This document shows positions 41,977-52,165 of a DNA stretch of 64,000 bases, one piece after another. The position numbers and the translations under genes were made by a program. Position 1 is the stretch's first letter; every line of letters starts with the position of its first letter. The notes beneath the pieces were generated by a model. The model was not told the DNA's origin. It did not search any database and worked only from the letters and a program-made list of their open reading frames with translations. The stretch is from NCBI GenBank assembly GCA_965262115.1, contig OZ253496.1, positions 192,001-256,000 of the forward strand, given 5' to 3'. The DNA is from Nitrospinales bacterium. Its GTDB lineage: Bacteria; Nitrospinota; Nitrospinia; Nitrospinales; VA-1.

Positions 41977-42405
41977 ATGAGCGAACAAAACCGTTTTCAT
42001 GACAACCCGTCAGGGATGATTACCGACACTAAATATAATACGCATTGGCTTCCCAAAGATTCATGGGGAGACTTGGGCCAGTGGAGAACTTTTGACGAGG
42101 CGCTGGCATATGTCCGGTTGATGAATCAGGTTTATGCGGGAGGATTCAGCGATTGGAGGCTTCCAACAAAGCAGGATGCCGAGAATTTTTATGATGCGGA
42201 CTTGAACCAGATAGACTGGGAGGAAGAAGTTATCCACATCGACTCATTATTTGTCACAAAATGCGCCAATTTCATGTGGATCCAAGAAACTAATGATAAT
42301 AAGGAAGTCGGCCGGATCAACTTGAGAGATGGTGAGGTGGACTTCGTTGACCGCAATACCCGGGAACACCAGTCAGCAAGGATGGTGAGGGATATCAGAT
42401 CCTAG
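41977..42405 (+). CDS. DUF1566 domain protein
   Basis: GGFSDWRLPT, ARMVR; paralog of 24085-24510. Confidence 0.8.
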   Translation: MSEQNRFHDNPSGMITDTKYNTHWLPKDSWGDLGQWRTFDEALAYVRLMNQVYAGGFSDWRLPTKQDAENFYDADLNQIDWEEEVIHIDSLFVTKCANFMWIQETNDNKEVGRINLRDGEVDFVDRNTREHQSARMVRDIRS

Positions 42406-42592
42406 CCCACATATTGCATGAGTAAACAAGTAAAAAAGCAGGCTTGATCTTTATTATCCCCCTCATCCTAACCTTCTCCCTCCAGGGGAGAAGGGATTTT
42501 TTGCTTCCTCTCCCTTGAGGGAAGAGGATTGAGGTGAGGGTGGTTTAATAATACTTCACCCTGCGCACAGCAATACTCATGCAATATGTGGG
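42406..42592. mobile_element. 187-bp MITE, second family, enclosing a REP doublet
   Basis: Perfect 19-bp TIR CCCACATATTGCATGAGTA/TACTCATGCAATATGTGGG with CTAG on both sides; interior cccctcatcctaaccttctccc...gggaagaggattgaggtgaggg. Confidence 0.8.
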
Positions 42593-42608
42593 CTAGAATT
42601 CAGGACCG

Positions 42609-43007
42609 CTAGGATTTCTTTAACCCCCAGACTTTGTGCCAGAATTCCCTGGAATTCATATTTTCGTATTGGCCCGTTCTGTAAGTTTCCCCGCAAATTG
42701 TTTTTTCTTCGATCCTTTCATGGTCAGACCTGACAATGAGGACATCTATGTGTTTGGTGAGGGTAAAGCCATTGAATAGAGTTCCAGAAAGCGTAGGTTC
42801 AAGATAAAGAGGAAACTTCCGGGCATATCTGATTTCCCGGCACGGTTCATTTAGATCAACACACAGAAAATTTCTATCTACCCAGCACTCGATGGTTTGA
42901 TCTTCGTCTTTTCCCGTGGCGAATATTTTATCTCCTGTCCGCACGGCATGGGCCGGGCGGGCGAATCCCTTACACCAGACTTTTCCTGAATCCTGAATCT
43001 TTTTCAC
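42609..43007 (-). CDS. Hypothetical protein
   Basis: 132-aa ORF filling the gap. Confidence 0.55.
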   Translation of the reverse strand: MKKIQDSGKVWCKGFARPAHAVRTGDKIFATGKDEDQTIECWVDRNFLCVDLNEPCREIRYARKFPLYLEPTLSGTLFNGFTLTKHIDVLIVRSDHERIEEKTICGETYRTGQYENMNSREFWHKVWGLKKS

Positions 43008-43139
43008 AGGCTGAGAGTATTATTGTTAGTAGCAAAAAGCTATTGCTTTTGGGTCCAGCGTCACGCTGGTTTTGACTTGCGGCCCAATTTATACCATAAT
43101 TTTGGCAATGATGACCCTTCCAACAAGGCATGAAATTCC

Positions 43140-44276
43140 TTGAGCGAACACTTTTTTAATCGTCTTGAAGATGAATTAAATTCCAGCCGGGATAAACATC
43201 TGTTTCGGGAGGTTCGGCTTTACCCTGAATGCCGGATTAACTTATGTTCTAATGATTATTTCCAACTACGGCATGACCCACGCGTTATAGCAGGTGCTAA
43301 AGAAGCCTGTGAAAAATATGGGACGGGGAGTGGCGCCTCTCCCCTCCTATCGGGTTTTCTTCCCTGCCATCAAAGTTTGCTCGACCAGCTTAAAAAATGG
43401 AAGAAAAAATCTTGTGGACTGCTCTTCAATGCTGGCTTTCTGGCCAATCAGGCAGTTCTCAAACATTTGCCCGGCAAGAATGATCTCGTTCTTGCAGACA
43501 AACTGATCCATCACTCCATGGCCCAAGCTCTCACGCAAGGTTTGGCGCGGTTCAAACGTTACCATCATCTGGATTTAGACCATCTACAGGAATTTCTGGA
43601 TGCCCATTGTAAGGACTATGAAACCATTTTTGTGGCTACGGAAAGTGTTTTTAGCATGGATGGGGATTATCCTGATTTAAAAAAACTGGTCGAATTGAAA
43701 AAACACTATCCTTTTATACTGATTTTAGACGAAGCTCACGGAACCGGTGTGTTTGGTGAAACAGGTGCAGGCCTTGCGGAAGAAATGCAGGTGCAGGATC
43801 AGGTGGATATTATTATTGGCACGTTGGGGAAATCATTGGCCAGTATGGGGGCGTATGTTCTTTCAAATTCATTAACCGTCATTGATTTTCTTGTTAATCG
43901 AGCGGGGGAGTTTATTTATTCTACATTTTTGTCTCCACCCCAAGTGGGTTCTGCTGAAATCGCGCTGAAAATTTTACAATCCGCAGAAGCTGACCGCAAA
44001 CACCTTCATGAGATGTCCACAAATTTCAGGAAAATCATGAAATTGAAGGAACAGGAAGAAACGCCCTCACCCATTGTCCCGGTAGCGATTGGCGATCCTG
44101 TCAAGACATTGGAACTGAGGAACACTCTTCTGCAACAGGGTATTATGGTGGGGGCAATCCGACCACCGACCGTTCCACCTCAAACTTCGCGACTGAGGAT
44201 ATCCCTGCACACAGGGGTCACCCGGCAAACCCTGGAGGAATTAGGGGGAATACTGGATCCATGGATAGCACCATAA
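43140..44276 (+). CDS. bioF: 8-amino-7-oxononanoate synthase
   Basis: CSNDY, ESVFSMDGD, LDEAHGTG, GTLGKS, AIRPPTVP. Confidence 0.92.
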   Translation: MSEHFFNRLEDELNSSRDKHLFREVRLYPECRINLCSNDYFQLRHDPRVIAGAKEACEKYGTGSGASPLLSGFLPCHQSLLDQLKKWKKKSCGLLFNAGFLANQAVLKHLPGKNDLVLADKLIHHSMAQALTQGLARFKRYHHLDLDHLQEFLDAHCKDYETIFVATESVFSMDGDYPDLKKLVELKKHYPFILILDEAHGTGVFGETGAGLAEEMQVQDQVDIIIGTLGKSLASMGAYVLSNSLTVIDFLVNRAGEFIYSTFLSPPQVGSAEIALKILQSAEADRKHLHEMSTNFRKIMKLKEQEETPSPIVPVAIGDPVKTLELRNTLLQQGIMVGAIRPPTVPPQTSRLRISLHTGVTRQTLEELGGILDPWIAP

Positions 44277-44914
44277 CAGCTGTTTCCGGATGGGCACTCC
44301 CACCAAAGTGGTTTGCTGAAGAAGTCGCTGGTGCTTTTCCTGGCTCGCGAATCCAAATAATTTATCCTGAGACCCCGGAAAGTCCTGAAGAAGCGGAAAT
44401 TTTATTATGCCGATATCCTGCCGATCTCTATATAGGTTATTCTCTTGGAAGCCTGTGGTTGCTGAAATATAAGCATTTATTGCCTGATACCTGTATAAAG
44501 GCTCTGCTGGCCCCTATTTTATCATTTCTGGGAAAAGATGGATTGGGTGGCACCACAACGGAAACACAATTGAAATACCTGTCCAGAAGTTTGAAGCAAG
44601 GGTCGGATCAATCTATCGCTATAAAGAATTTTTTTTTATATTGTGATCTGCCATTTCCGGAAAAAATGATTGAAGAGATACCCGGCAGAGAGATATTGCT
44701 GAGGGGGTTGAATTTCCTGCTGACATACCAGGCAAAAGGAGAAGACGCCAAAAATTTTTTGTCCATCGTGGGAGAAAATGATATTTTCATTGATGGAGAC
44801 GTGCTAAAGAAGCATATTCCTGATGTGGATATTATTCAAGGCGTTGGACATGCTCCAGGGAACTTGCTAAGGCATCTGGCAAACCGATTAAATTGGAAAA
44901 CTCATAATTCATGA
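44261..44914 (+). CDS. Alpha/beta hydrolase, putative pimeloyl-ACP methyl ester esterase (BioH-like role)
   Basis: SGWA, GYSLG, GENDIF, GHAP; overlaps bioF and lies upstream of bioC. Confidence 0.7.
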   Translation: MDSTITAVSGWALPPKWFAEEVAGAFPGSRIQIIYPETPESPEEAEILLCRYPADLYIGYSLGSLWLLKYKHLLPDTCIKALLAPILSFLGKDGLGGTTTETQLKYLSRSLKQGSDQSIAIKNFFLYCDLPFPEKMIEEIPGREILLRGLNFLLTYQAKGEDAKNFLSIVGENDIFIDGDVLKKHIPDVDIIQGVGHAPGNLLRHLANRLNWKTHNS

Positions 44915-45414
44915 AAATATTTGGCATAAATTTTAATCATTCGCCCAGCCAAAAAAAAACCAATCACTGTCGCGATTTGTGATTTTAAGAAAAGCCAAGG
45001 GTTGTCTGTATCAAAGGTAGAGTCTTTATACAGTTTAAAGGAGTTTGATGCCTTTTTAAAACAAAAGGGCCTCTGGGGTTTGCCGGGGTGAACTTTCCTC
45101 TGGGCCAGCCAAATCTTTTTTTAAAAAAAATGCACCTGCCTGACAAATGGAACGGTTATATAAAAGGTATCAATCGTTGGAAGCTGGAGGGGTTTGAAAA
45201 AAAGGTAAAACAGTTTAAGACCAAATGGCCTTCCGGAACCAAAGAACCTTTGCGCCTGACTGATACCATGGCTGGGGCAGAAAGCCCGTTAAAACTAAAT
45301 CAAAAGCAATTGGCCATGCAGTTTTATGAAGGTGAAGGGTCAACTTTCACCATAGAAATGTCCGTGAAGGTTGCACCCAAAGCCACCCTTCGACGGCGGG
45401 CCAGCGACCGATAA
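44911..45414 (+). pseudogene. DUF429-like remnant, frameshifted and fused to a histidine-kinase tail
   Basis: MKIFGINFNHSPSQKK(A9 shift)PITVAIC...NFPLGQP...AGAESPLKL, then EGEGSTFTIEM. Confidence 0.55.
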
Positions 45415-45488
45415 TATCCTGTTTCTTTCCATTTTGATTCTACCGTATTCCGCATCAGAGTCGAGTCTCAAAAATCAGGAAGTGCTCT

Positions 45489-46250
45489 TTGAATACCCAG
45501 CATTTATTGAATGAAGAAAATTTGATAGATAGTTTTTCCAAGCATGCAAAAACATACGACCGTTATGCGCAACTCCAGAAATCGATGGCGGAAAGGCTCG
45601 CCTCACTTCTTCCCGTCCCATTGCCCGACAATGTTCTTGAGATCGGATGTGGAACAGGACTATTTACGAGACATCTGTTAACACAATCCGTAAAGCAACT
45701 TATTCTCAATGATATTGCGCCAGGAATGCTGGAAATCTTGAGCAACTCTATCACGTTGCCCTCAAGCACAAAAATATTCTCTGGAAATGCAGAGCGGATT
45801 CATTTTGAAAAGGTAGACTTGATTTGCGCGAATGCGGTATTTCAATGGTTTCGAAACCCAAAGGAAACCTTGAAAAAATTAAATCAGGCTTTATCGAGTA
45901 ATGGAAATTTGATCTTTAGTATATTTGGTCCCGAAACACTTGTAGAGTTTAGGCAGGCCGCAAATTTATTGAGTCCTATTAAACTTTACAAAAAAGAAGT
46001 CTGGGCGAGAATGATTCGTGATTCGGGTTTTTCTATCAATTTATGTGATGTGGAAATTCGGAAAACATTTTTCCCCAGTACCATGACACTTTTAAAAAAT
46101 CTGCAACAAATTGGTGCAGCGCCAGTCCAAATGGTAAAAACTGGAGAGCTTAGAAAATTGATGCGTGACTATGATGCCAGATTTTCAACAACACAAGGTG
46201 TTTATGCAACCTGGGAATTGTATTATTTTTCTTTGACCCGGAAAAATTGA
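45489..46250 (+). CDS. bioC: Malonyl-ACP O-methyltransferase
   Basis: FSKHAKTYDRYAQLQ, LEIGCGTG, NAVFQW, ATWE. Confidence 0.88.
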   Translation: MNTQHLLNEENLIDSFSKHAKTYDRYAQLQKSMAERLASLLPVPLPDNVLEIGCGTGLFTRHLLTQSVKQLILNDIAPGMLEILSNSITLPSSTKIFSGNAERIHFEKVDLICANAVFQWFRNPKETLKKLNQALSSNGNLIFSIFGPETLVEFRQAANLLSPIKLYKKEVWARMIRDSGFSINLCDVEIRKTFFPSTMTLLKNLQQIGAAPVQMVKTGELRKLMRDYDARFSTTQGVYATWELYYFSLTRKN

Positions 46251-46310
46251 CCGGAATTGCCCCTGTTCTCCCAATAGTAAAGACCCATTCCTTTAAATGA
46301 AATGTGTGAA

Positions 46311-46760
46311 ATGAGTAATTCCTTTCTAAATAGAAATCTTGCATCGTTAAAGAAAAAGGATTCTGCCTTATTTGAAAAAATCACCTCTGTCAAGAGTTCA
46401 AATTTTTAGGCAGTGACAAAATCCAAATCCGGCTCCCCTGCCCTCATTCATATTGATAGTGAGGGCCGTAAAAAGCAAATCGATAGTAATTATGATCCCG
46501 TGGGTGAAGCAGCCCGTTACTTGGGAAAATTTAAAATTTGTGAATCGATTAATTTTATTGCTATCGGGTTGGGTTTGGGCTATCAGGTTTCTGAGATCAT
46601 TCAGCAAACTTCGAAGCAGGCAAAAATTTATATATTTGAAAAAGATAAGGATTATTGTCTGTTGGATGAAGAGTTTGCACGGGATCTGAAATTTTTGGAT
46701 GTTTTGTCAGATTCTGTGGAGTATTTGCGTGTTAATTTTGAAAAGTCTCTGTCCCCCTAA
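46311..46760 (+). pseudogene. Maf/DUF115 (motility-associated factor-like) N-terminal remnant
   Basis: MSNSFLNRNLASLKKKD...NF*(TAG 46407)AVTKSKSG...SNYDPVGEA...IGLGLGY...IYIFEKD; truncated. Confidence 0.6.
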
Positions 46761-46766
46761 ATGCAA

Positions 46767-47750
46767 TCAAAATTTTACCGCTTCAATCACACTGCTTCCC
46801 TGCCCCAATTCACAATATTTGAACTTTCCGAAGCCATTCTTCTTCAAGAGTCTCTCGGTTTCCTTAACGGTATAAGTTTTTCCTGTAGCCGTGAATAGCA
46901 ACATGGTTAAAGAGAAAAGAGCGGCATCAAAGGGTTCTGTGCGATTATTCTTCAAAAACAAATCAACCAGAACGAACCGACCACCCTGCTTGAGAGATTG
47001 GTGGATTTTTTTAAACATTTTTGAGTTTTCTGATTCATTATAAATGTGGAGAATGTTTGAATACAAAATGGTATCCACATCCTCTCCAAACCCCACCTTA
47101 AACAGGTCCCCGGCTACGAAATCGAACCTTTTTATGACCGCTGAATTTTTTAAAATTGTTTTTGCGACTTTAAGGCTGGCTTGCCGGTCTATCAATACAG
47201 CTCGTGCGGATTTATCGTTTTTTAGAATTTCAGCCGAATAGGAACCCGGTCCCCCGCCAATATCAACCAGTCTGCCAACAGGTTTGCGCGTTACAAATTG
47301 TGCAAGTGGTTTAGAAAATTTCTTGCTCCTTTCATGCATTGCATGGGTGAAAGGTTCGCGGAAATTTGGGTCGTCATTCTCAAGTTCTGGTAAGTTCCTG
47401 CCATTTTTAATAACATTAATCAAATCGGACCACTCGTCCCGGTTCGCCTTACGTAAAAATACCGTTCCCCTCTTGTAGTGAGGACTTTGTTCACAGAAAT
47501 GCTTGAAGCTCTCGGGGGTATTGGCGAAAGCTTTGCCCGTTTTCTTTATAGCGCCCATAGAAGCCAGTGCATTCAGCAAAGCCTCGGCCCCTCCAGAATG
47601 AAGGTGGGCTTTTTTTGCCAGAGCCTGGTACGTTAAAGCCTTCTTCCCCAAGTGAGTGAATATCCTGAATTCCAACGCGGCAATAAGAATATTGGCTTCT
47701 TCTAATTGGTCAATTTTATCAACAAACTGGTTAAAACTTAAAAAGGCCAT
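46767..47750 (-). CDS. SAM-dependent O-methyltransferase (dimerisation plus Methyltransf_2)
   Basis: LVDIGGGPG, AGDLF, SNILH. Confidence 0.88.
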   Translation of the reverse strand: MAFLSFNQFVDKIDQLEEANILIAALEFRIFTHLGKKALTYQALAKKAHLHSGGAEALLNALASMGAIKKTGKAFANTPESFKHFCEQSPHYKRGTVFLRKANRDEWSDLINVIKNGRNLPELENDDPNFREPFTHAMHERSKKFSKPLAQFVTRKPVGRLVDIGGGPGSYSAEILKNDKSARAVLIDRQASLKVAKTILKNSAVIKRFDFVAGDLFKVGFGEDVDTILYSNILHIYNESENSKMFKKIHQSLKQGGRFVLVDLFLKNNRTEPFDAALFSLTMLLFTATGKTYTVKETERLLKKNGFGKFKYCELGQGSSVIEAVKF

Positions 47751-47820
47751 AGTGTTCCAAGCGTCTCAACTTTCTTATTCCTCACCTTAATAAATAAGTA
47801 TACAGAAAAAACTGATCTGC

Positions 47821-48489
47821 TTAATAAGACAAAAGCTTTTCCACTTCCTGCTCCAGACCATAGCCGGAACCAAACCACTTTCCTCGCAAAATCCCATTTC
47901 GATCAATCAGCAGAGTTGAGGGGGTTCCTTTGAGTTGATAAGCCTCAAACGTTTTTGCTTCATATTCTTTCTTTTTCAAATAAGACATCACCTGATTCAA
48001 AATGAGCTTCTGGTTTTTTTCCGGAAATGAATCAAATTGAGGAAAATCTTTTTTAATGAAATTGTGTGTGTCCAGTAAATAATCAGTTGAATGATACGGA
48101 ACCACCCTGTCCCAAGCCACCGGAAAAGGTATAGAATACTCCAGGTGATTATTATTAAGCAGACCTCTGGAATTTAAAACCTCATGAGTTTCTCCCACCA
48201 CTTCTCCAGAAACAATCAGTTTTTTTAAATTATCAAAATTATTGAGATGAAAATCTTCGAATGCAGTGGCCAATCCCCAGGTCAATAAGGGGGAGTTTCT
48301 AAATTTTTCCCGGACTTCAAGAACTTCAGGGAATCCATGAGTGAAGCAACCAGGGCAGTTAACCTGAAATACTTTTATAAGAATAGGTTTTCCAAGCTCA
48401 TTACTGATATTATTTGCGGGGCCTCCCATCCATTCCTCAACATCTAAATCAAGGGCGGGAGAATTAACCTGCGGCATATGAGGGTTCAT
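47821..48489 (-). CDS. Thioredoxin-fold redoxin
   Basis: FQVNCPGC, LKGTPSTLLID. Confidence 0.8.
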   Translation of the reverse strand: MNPHMPQVNSPALDLDVEEWMGGPANNISNELGKPILIKVFQVNCPGCFTHGFPEVLEVREKFRNSPLLTWGLATAFEDFHLNNFDNLKKLIVSGEVVGETHEVLNSRGLLNNNHLEYSIPFPVAWDRVVPYHSTDYLLDTHNFIKKDFPQFDSFPEKNQKLILNQVMSYLKKKEYEAKTFEAYQLKGTPSTLLIDRNGILRGKWFGSGYGLEQEVEKLLSY

Positions 48490-49295
48490 CGTTAACAATG
48501 TCAATCAGACGATGGATTATATTTTGCATTTTTTATGGCGGGTTTTTACCAAGGGCTTCTTCAAGTAAAAAAATAGCGCGGCTTTTTTCTCCCTGGAGAT
48601 TATGAATGACCCCCAACATGAAATAAGAAATAAACCTTTTATCACCCTGGGCATAATTATACAGTATTTTCTGGAAATGTTTCGTAGCCCTGGGATAATT
48701 TTTTAAGCGGTAATAGGCAGATCCCAAGCCAAATTGGATATTGTCCTGCAAAAACTTGGGGGGGGGGGTTCTGTTTGTTAAGCTTCAAAAATATTTTGAG
48801 ACTTTTTTTGAATTGACCATCCCGAAAGCTCTTCATCGCTGAGTTGTAGCCAGAGATTGAAAAAATAATAGGTGCTTTCACTTTTGTTAATTTTTTAAAT
48901 CTTGTTTCCGCATCCATAAATCCGGATTTTGACATTTCGAGATCTTTCTGCATTCGTTTTCTCCGCTCCTGTTCACTTTCGATACGCTGGCCAAATTTTG
49001 AATTCATCGCGCTGATTTGAGGATCAAGCTGATTCGTGGATTCAAACAGGGCAAGTTCTCGATTTGAAAAGGTGGCATGGTTCACGAAAAGAATGCTGAT
49101 TTCTTCGGTCAAGGCGTCCATCTGTAATTGTTGGGCCCTCCTTGCAGATAAAGCGCTTTTGTCAGGGGGGTACCAGGAATGCCTCTCCTCCGGATTTATG
49201 GGCCAATGGGTCTTTTCTATCGGCAGATAGCCACCGCAGGCACCCAAGAGGAAGGCCAATAATATTATGAGATAATTTTTCACTGCACTTTTCAT
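48464..49295 (-). pseudogene. TPR (YbgF/CpoB-like) lipoprotein, frameshifted at a C11 tract, with a further TAA at 48533
   Basis: Lipobox LGAC and coiled coil; G11 at 48758-48768; the TPR continues in another frame KFLQDNIQFGLGSAYY. Confidence 0.75.
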
Positions 49296-49373
49296 CTACT
49301 GGCGTATATAATATTTATAAGTCATCCAACAATAGATTATCTAATTACTCCTTATTTATCAATCTATTAGCAT

Positions 49374-50279
49374 ATGAAAAACTACTATTCCGTTTTAGGC
49401 GTTCCCCAAGGCGCTTCTGACGAAGAAATTAAAAAAGCTTATCGTAAATTAGCCAGGCAATACCATCCCGACCGAAACGCAGAAGATAGTAGCGCGGAAG
49501 AGAAATTTAAGGAGGTCAGCGAGGCTTATGCGGTTTTAAGTAACAAAAAGAAGCGAAGCCAGTATGACCAGTTTGGCTCTGAGGGCTTTCACCAGAAGTT
49601 TTCTCAAGAGGATATTTTTCGAGACTTTGATATTAATGAAATCCTTAAAGGCTTCGGATTTGGGAGTGGTGGAGGAAACCCCTTTCAGGGGCAAGGAGGG
49701 GGTTTCGGCGGAGGTGGATTTGGCAATCCATTTTCTCGAGGGCGGCCCCCACAGCGCGAACCCCGGATTCCTCCGCTGAAGAAGGAATTCTCGGTCACTT
49801 TTGAGGAAGCGGCATTGGGTTGCCAGCGTACCATTTCCATTGCCAGAAATGGGGTCCATGAAGAAACCAATGTGAAAATTCCGTCTGGAATTGCACATGG
49901 AAAAGTTCTGCGTTTACAGGGTAAGGGGCATACCTCTCCCGCTGGAAACCGGCGTGGTGATTTGCATCTCCTCATCAATGTTCTTTCACATCCTCTTTTT
50001 CGGAGGGAAGGCCGGGATGTGGTGGTGGAAGCTGAAATAAAATTAACCCAGGCACTTTTGGGGGCTACGATCGAGGTTGAAACTTTGGATGGAATCAAGT
50101 CGGTCAAGATTCCTACTGGGACCCAAAATAATACCAGGCTGAGATTGAAAGAGGTCGGAATCCAGTTCCCATCCAGAGTTCGGGGTGATCAGTTGGTGCG
50201 AATTGTCATTAAGATTCCCAAAGAACTGACCCAGGAGCAAATTCCACATATCCAGTTTTTGCAGGACACAGGAATTTGA
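49374..50279 (+). CDS. DnaJ-class co-chaperone lacking the Zn finger (CbpA-like)
   Basis: J-domain YHPDRN, G/F region, C-terminal domain. Confidence 0.92.
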   Translation: MKNYYSVLGVPQGASDEEIKKAYRKLARQYHPDRNAEDSSAEEKFKEVSEAYAVLSNKKKRSQYDQFGSEGFHQKFSQEDIFRDFDINEILKGFGFGSGGGNPFQGQGGGFGGGGFGNPFSRGRPPQREPRIPPLKKEFSVTFEEAALGCQRTISIARNGVHEETNVKIPSGIAHGKVLRLQGKGHTSPAGNRRGDLHLLINVLSHPLFRREGRDVVVEAEIKLTQALLGATIEVETLDGIKSVKIPTGTQNNTRLRLKEVGIQFPSRVRGDQLVRIVIKIPKELTQEQIPHIQFLQDTGI

Positions 50280-50369
50280 CAGGGTGAAAAATCATTTTTC
50301 CTTCAGATGGGCGAATCCTATAGAGGTTTCCTGGCATCTTTTAAAATATCGCTTTTAATGGAGTCGTTT

Positions 50370-50666
50370 GTGGCGCGCGTTAACTTTAAAACAGACAATA
50401 TAACCCATGAAGTAGAGGATGGGACTCCCCTTATAGATTTTTGTGATGAGGTTGAGGTTTCATTATCCTTCGGTTGTACAGAAGGAACCTGCGGGGTTTG
50501 CGAAGTTACGGTGGTGGAAGGAATGGAGAACGTGTCTCGCGTAACGGAAGAGGAAAAAGATTATTTGTTGCCGGAGGACCTGGAAGAAGGAATGCGTTTG
50601 GGTTGCCAGGTTAAAATTCGTAAAGGAGACGTGACGTTAAGCTGGAAAAAAGTAAAAGCAAAATAA
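50370..50666 (+). CDS. 2Fe-2S ferredoxin
   Basis: CTEGTCGVC...RLGCQ. Confidence 0.9.
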   Translation: MARVNFKTDNITHEVEDGTPLIDFCDEVEVSLSFGCTEGTCGVCEVTVVEGMENVSRVTEEEKDYLLPEDLEEGMRLGCQVKIRKGDVTLSWKKVKAK

Positions 50667-51940
50667 CAGGAGGCCTGCAAACCACTGTCTTTAATTTCAC
50701 TCCCAACTCTTTTTACCATCCATTCCTTGATCACCTCATCCAATTTTTTAAGATTCACATCAATTGACCCTGAACAGATTTTACCGGCCATTTCCCCATA
50801 ATTTAAGGCCTCGATGGTGTCTCCTGACTCCTGGCACGTTTTGGACATGTTCCAGACGGCCTTTGCTTCCATATATTGGTCGGCACTCTTTTTCCCAAGT
50901 GAACGTGAATGGCGAAAACAGATCAAGGATTTCTCAAAGCGGCTTATTTCCAAATAGGCGTTCCCAAAATTTTCCAATAAAGAGTACTCAAGAGAAAGGA
51001 CAGCAAACTTTCTAATTTTTGGAAGACCGCGCTCGTACTTTTCAATTGCCTTGTCGTATTCCTTTAAGCTTCGATGATAATCCCCTTTATCTTTATCTTT
51101 ATCTTCCTCTAGTTCAAAATCGCCTTCGGGTTTCAGCAGTGCTTTTTCTTCGCGGAGCCCCCGGGTCATCATTTCCGGGGGCAGATCGGGGTTCTCTTTT
51201 AAATATGAGCCCACAAGAGAAATTGCCAGCGGGGAATATCCGCAAAAATTATTGATCTCAGGCGCTGAATGTTTTGAATTTGGAGCCAGGAAAAAAAGAA
51301 GAAGCTCTGCTTCATCCGGAAAAAAGCTTTAAAGGGCTTGGCATACGATCCTGGGCTCGAAATTTTACTGGCAGAGGTAAAGATAATCAAGCTTGATTTT
51401 CCAGGCAACAGACGTTTGATCTGGCTTGGTTTGGAGACATTTTCAAGTAGCATTAAAAATCTCTTACCTTTTAATGCGGAGGCATAGCGCTGTGTCAGTT
51501 CAGCAGGGTCATGCGGGATAGTTTCTTTCGGAAATAATGCACGCAGTACATGCCCCATTGCCTTGTTGACAGGCAAAGCTTTATCGCCCACTCCCTTCAT
51601 ATCGATATAAAACTGAGCATCCGGATATTTCGGGGCCAACTGGTGGGCAAGCTCAACAGCCAGGGCAGTCTTTCCGGTACCCTTTTCTCCATACAGGCAA
51701 ATCGGGCCACCCCCGTCCCAATTTATTCCCATTACTTCCAGGACAATGTCCTTTCTGCCAAAAAATGCAGAAACTTTCTTGGGAAGCTGGTTTCGAGACA
51801 ATGCTGGAAAACTGCGGACAATGCCAAGATATATCATCAACATTTTGCCATTTTTCATATTTTACATGAAATTTCAATAATTTGTACCCATTTTTGGCCC
51901 CTCCCCCCATTTGCGGGGGATGTGGAAGAGTGTAAATCAA
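50561..51940 (-). pseudogene. NB-ARC/STAND ATPase plus TPR protein, degraded
   Basis: FFGRK, GEKGTGKT, LMLLENV; frameshift at A6 near 51320 restores CGYSPLAISLVG; TPR tail. Confidence 0.7.
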
Positions 51941-51997
51941 AAATCTTGCTCATTGTATTTGGTTGAAAAACCGTTAATAACCCTAAAGAAAACTAGC

Positions 51998-52150
51998 TTG
52001 ACTTACAGCTTGGAATTCATTATAGTTTGCTTATTACACTCTTTAAGATAGTCCTGTGAGGCTATCAAGGGGAAAAGCGATGTTTGTATTAAAAAATATG
52101 TTATTTACCTCCCGCTTCGGCTTTATTTAGCCTTTGGGAGGTTTTTTTTT
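51998..52150 (+). promoter_or_regulatory. Promoter plus PyrR-binding attenuator leader
   Basis: TTGACT-N17-TATAGT; binding loop GATAGTCCTGTGAGGCTATC (52047-52066); terminator ACCTCCC...GGGAGGT9 (52107-52150). Confidence 0.88.
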
Positions 52151-52165
52151 GCCTGTTTTCCACTT

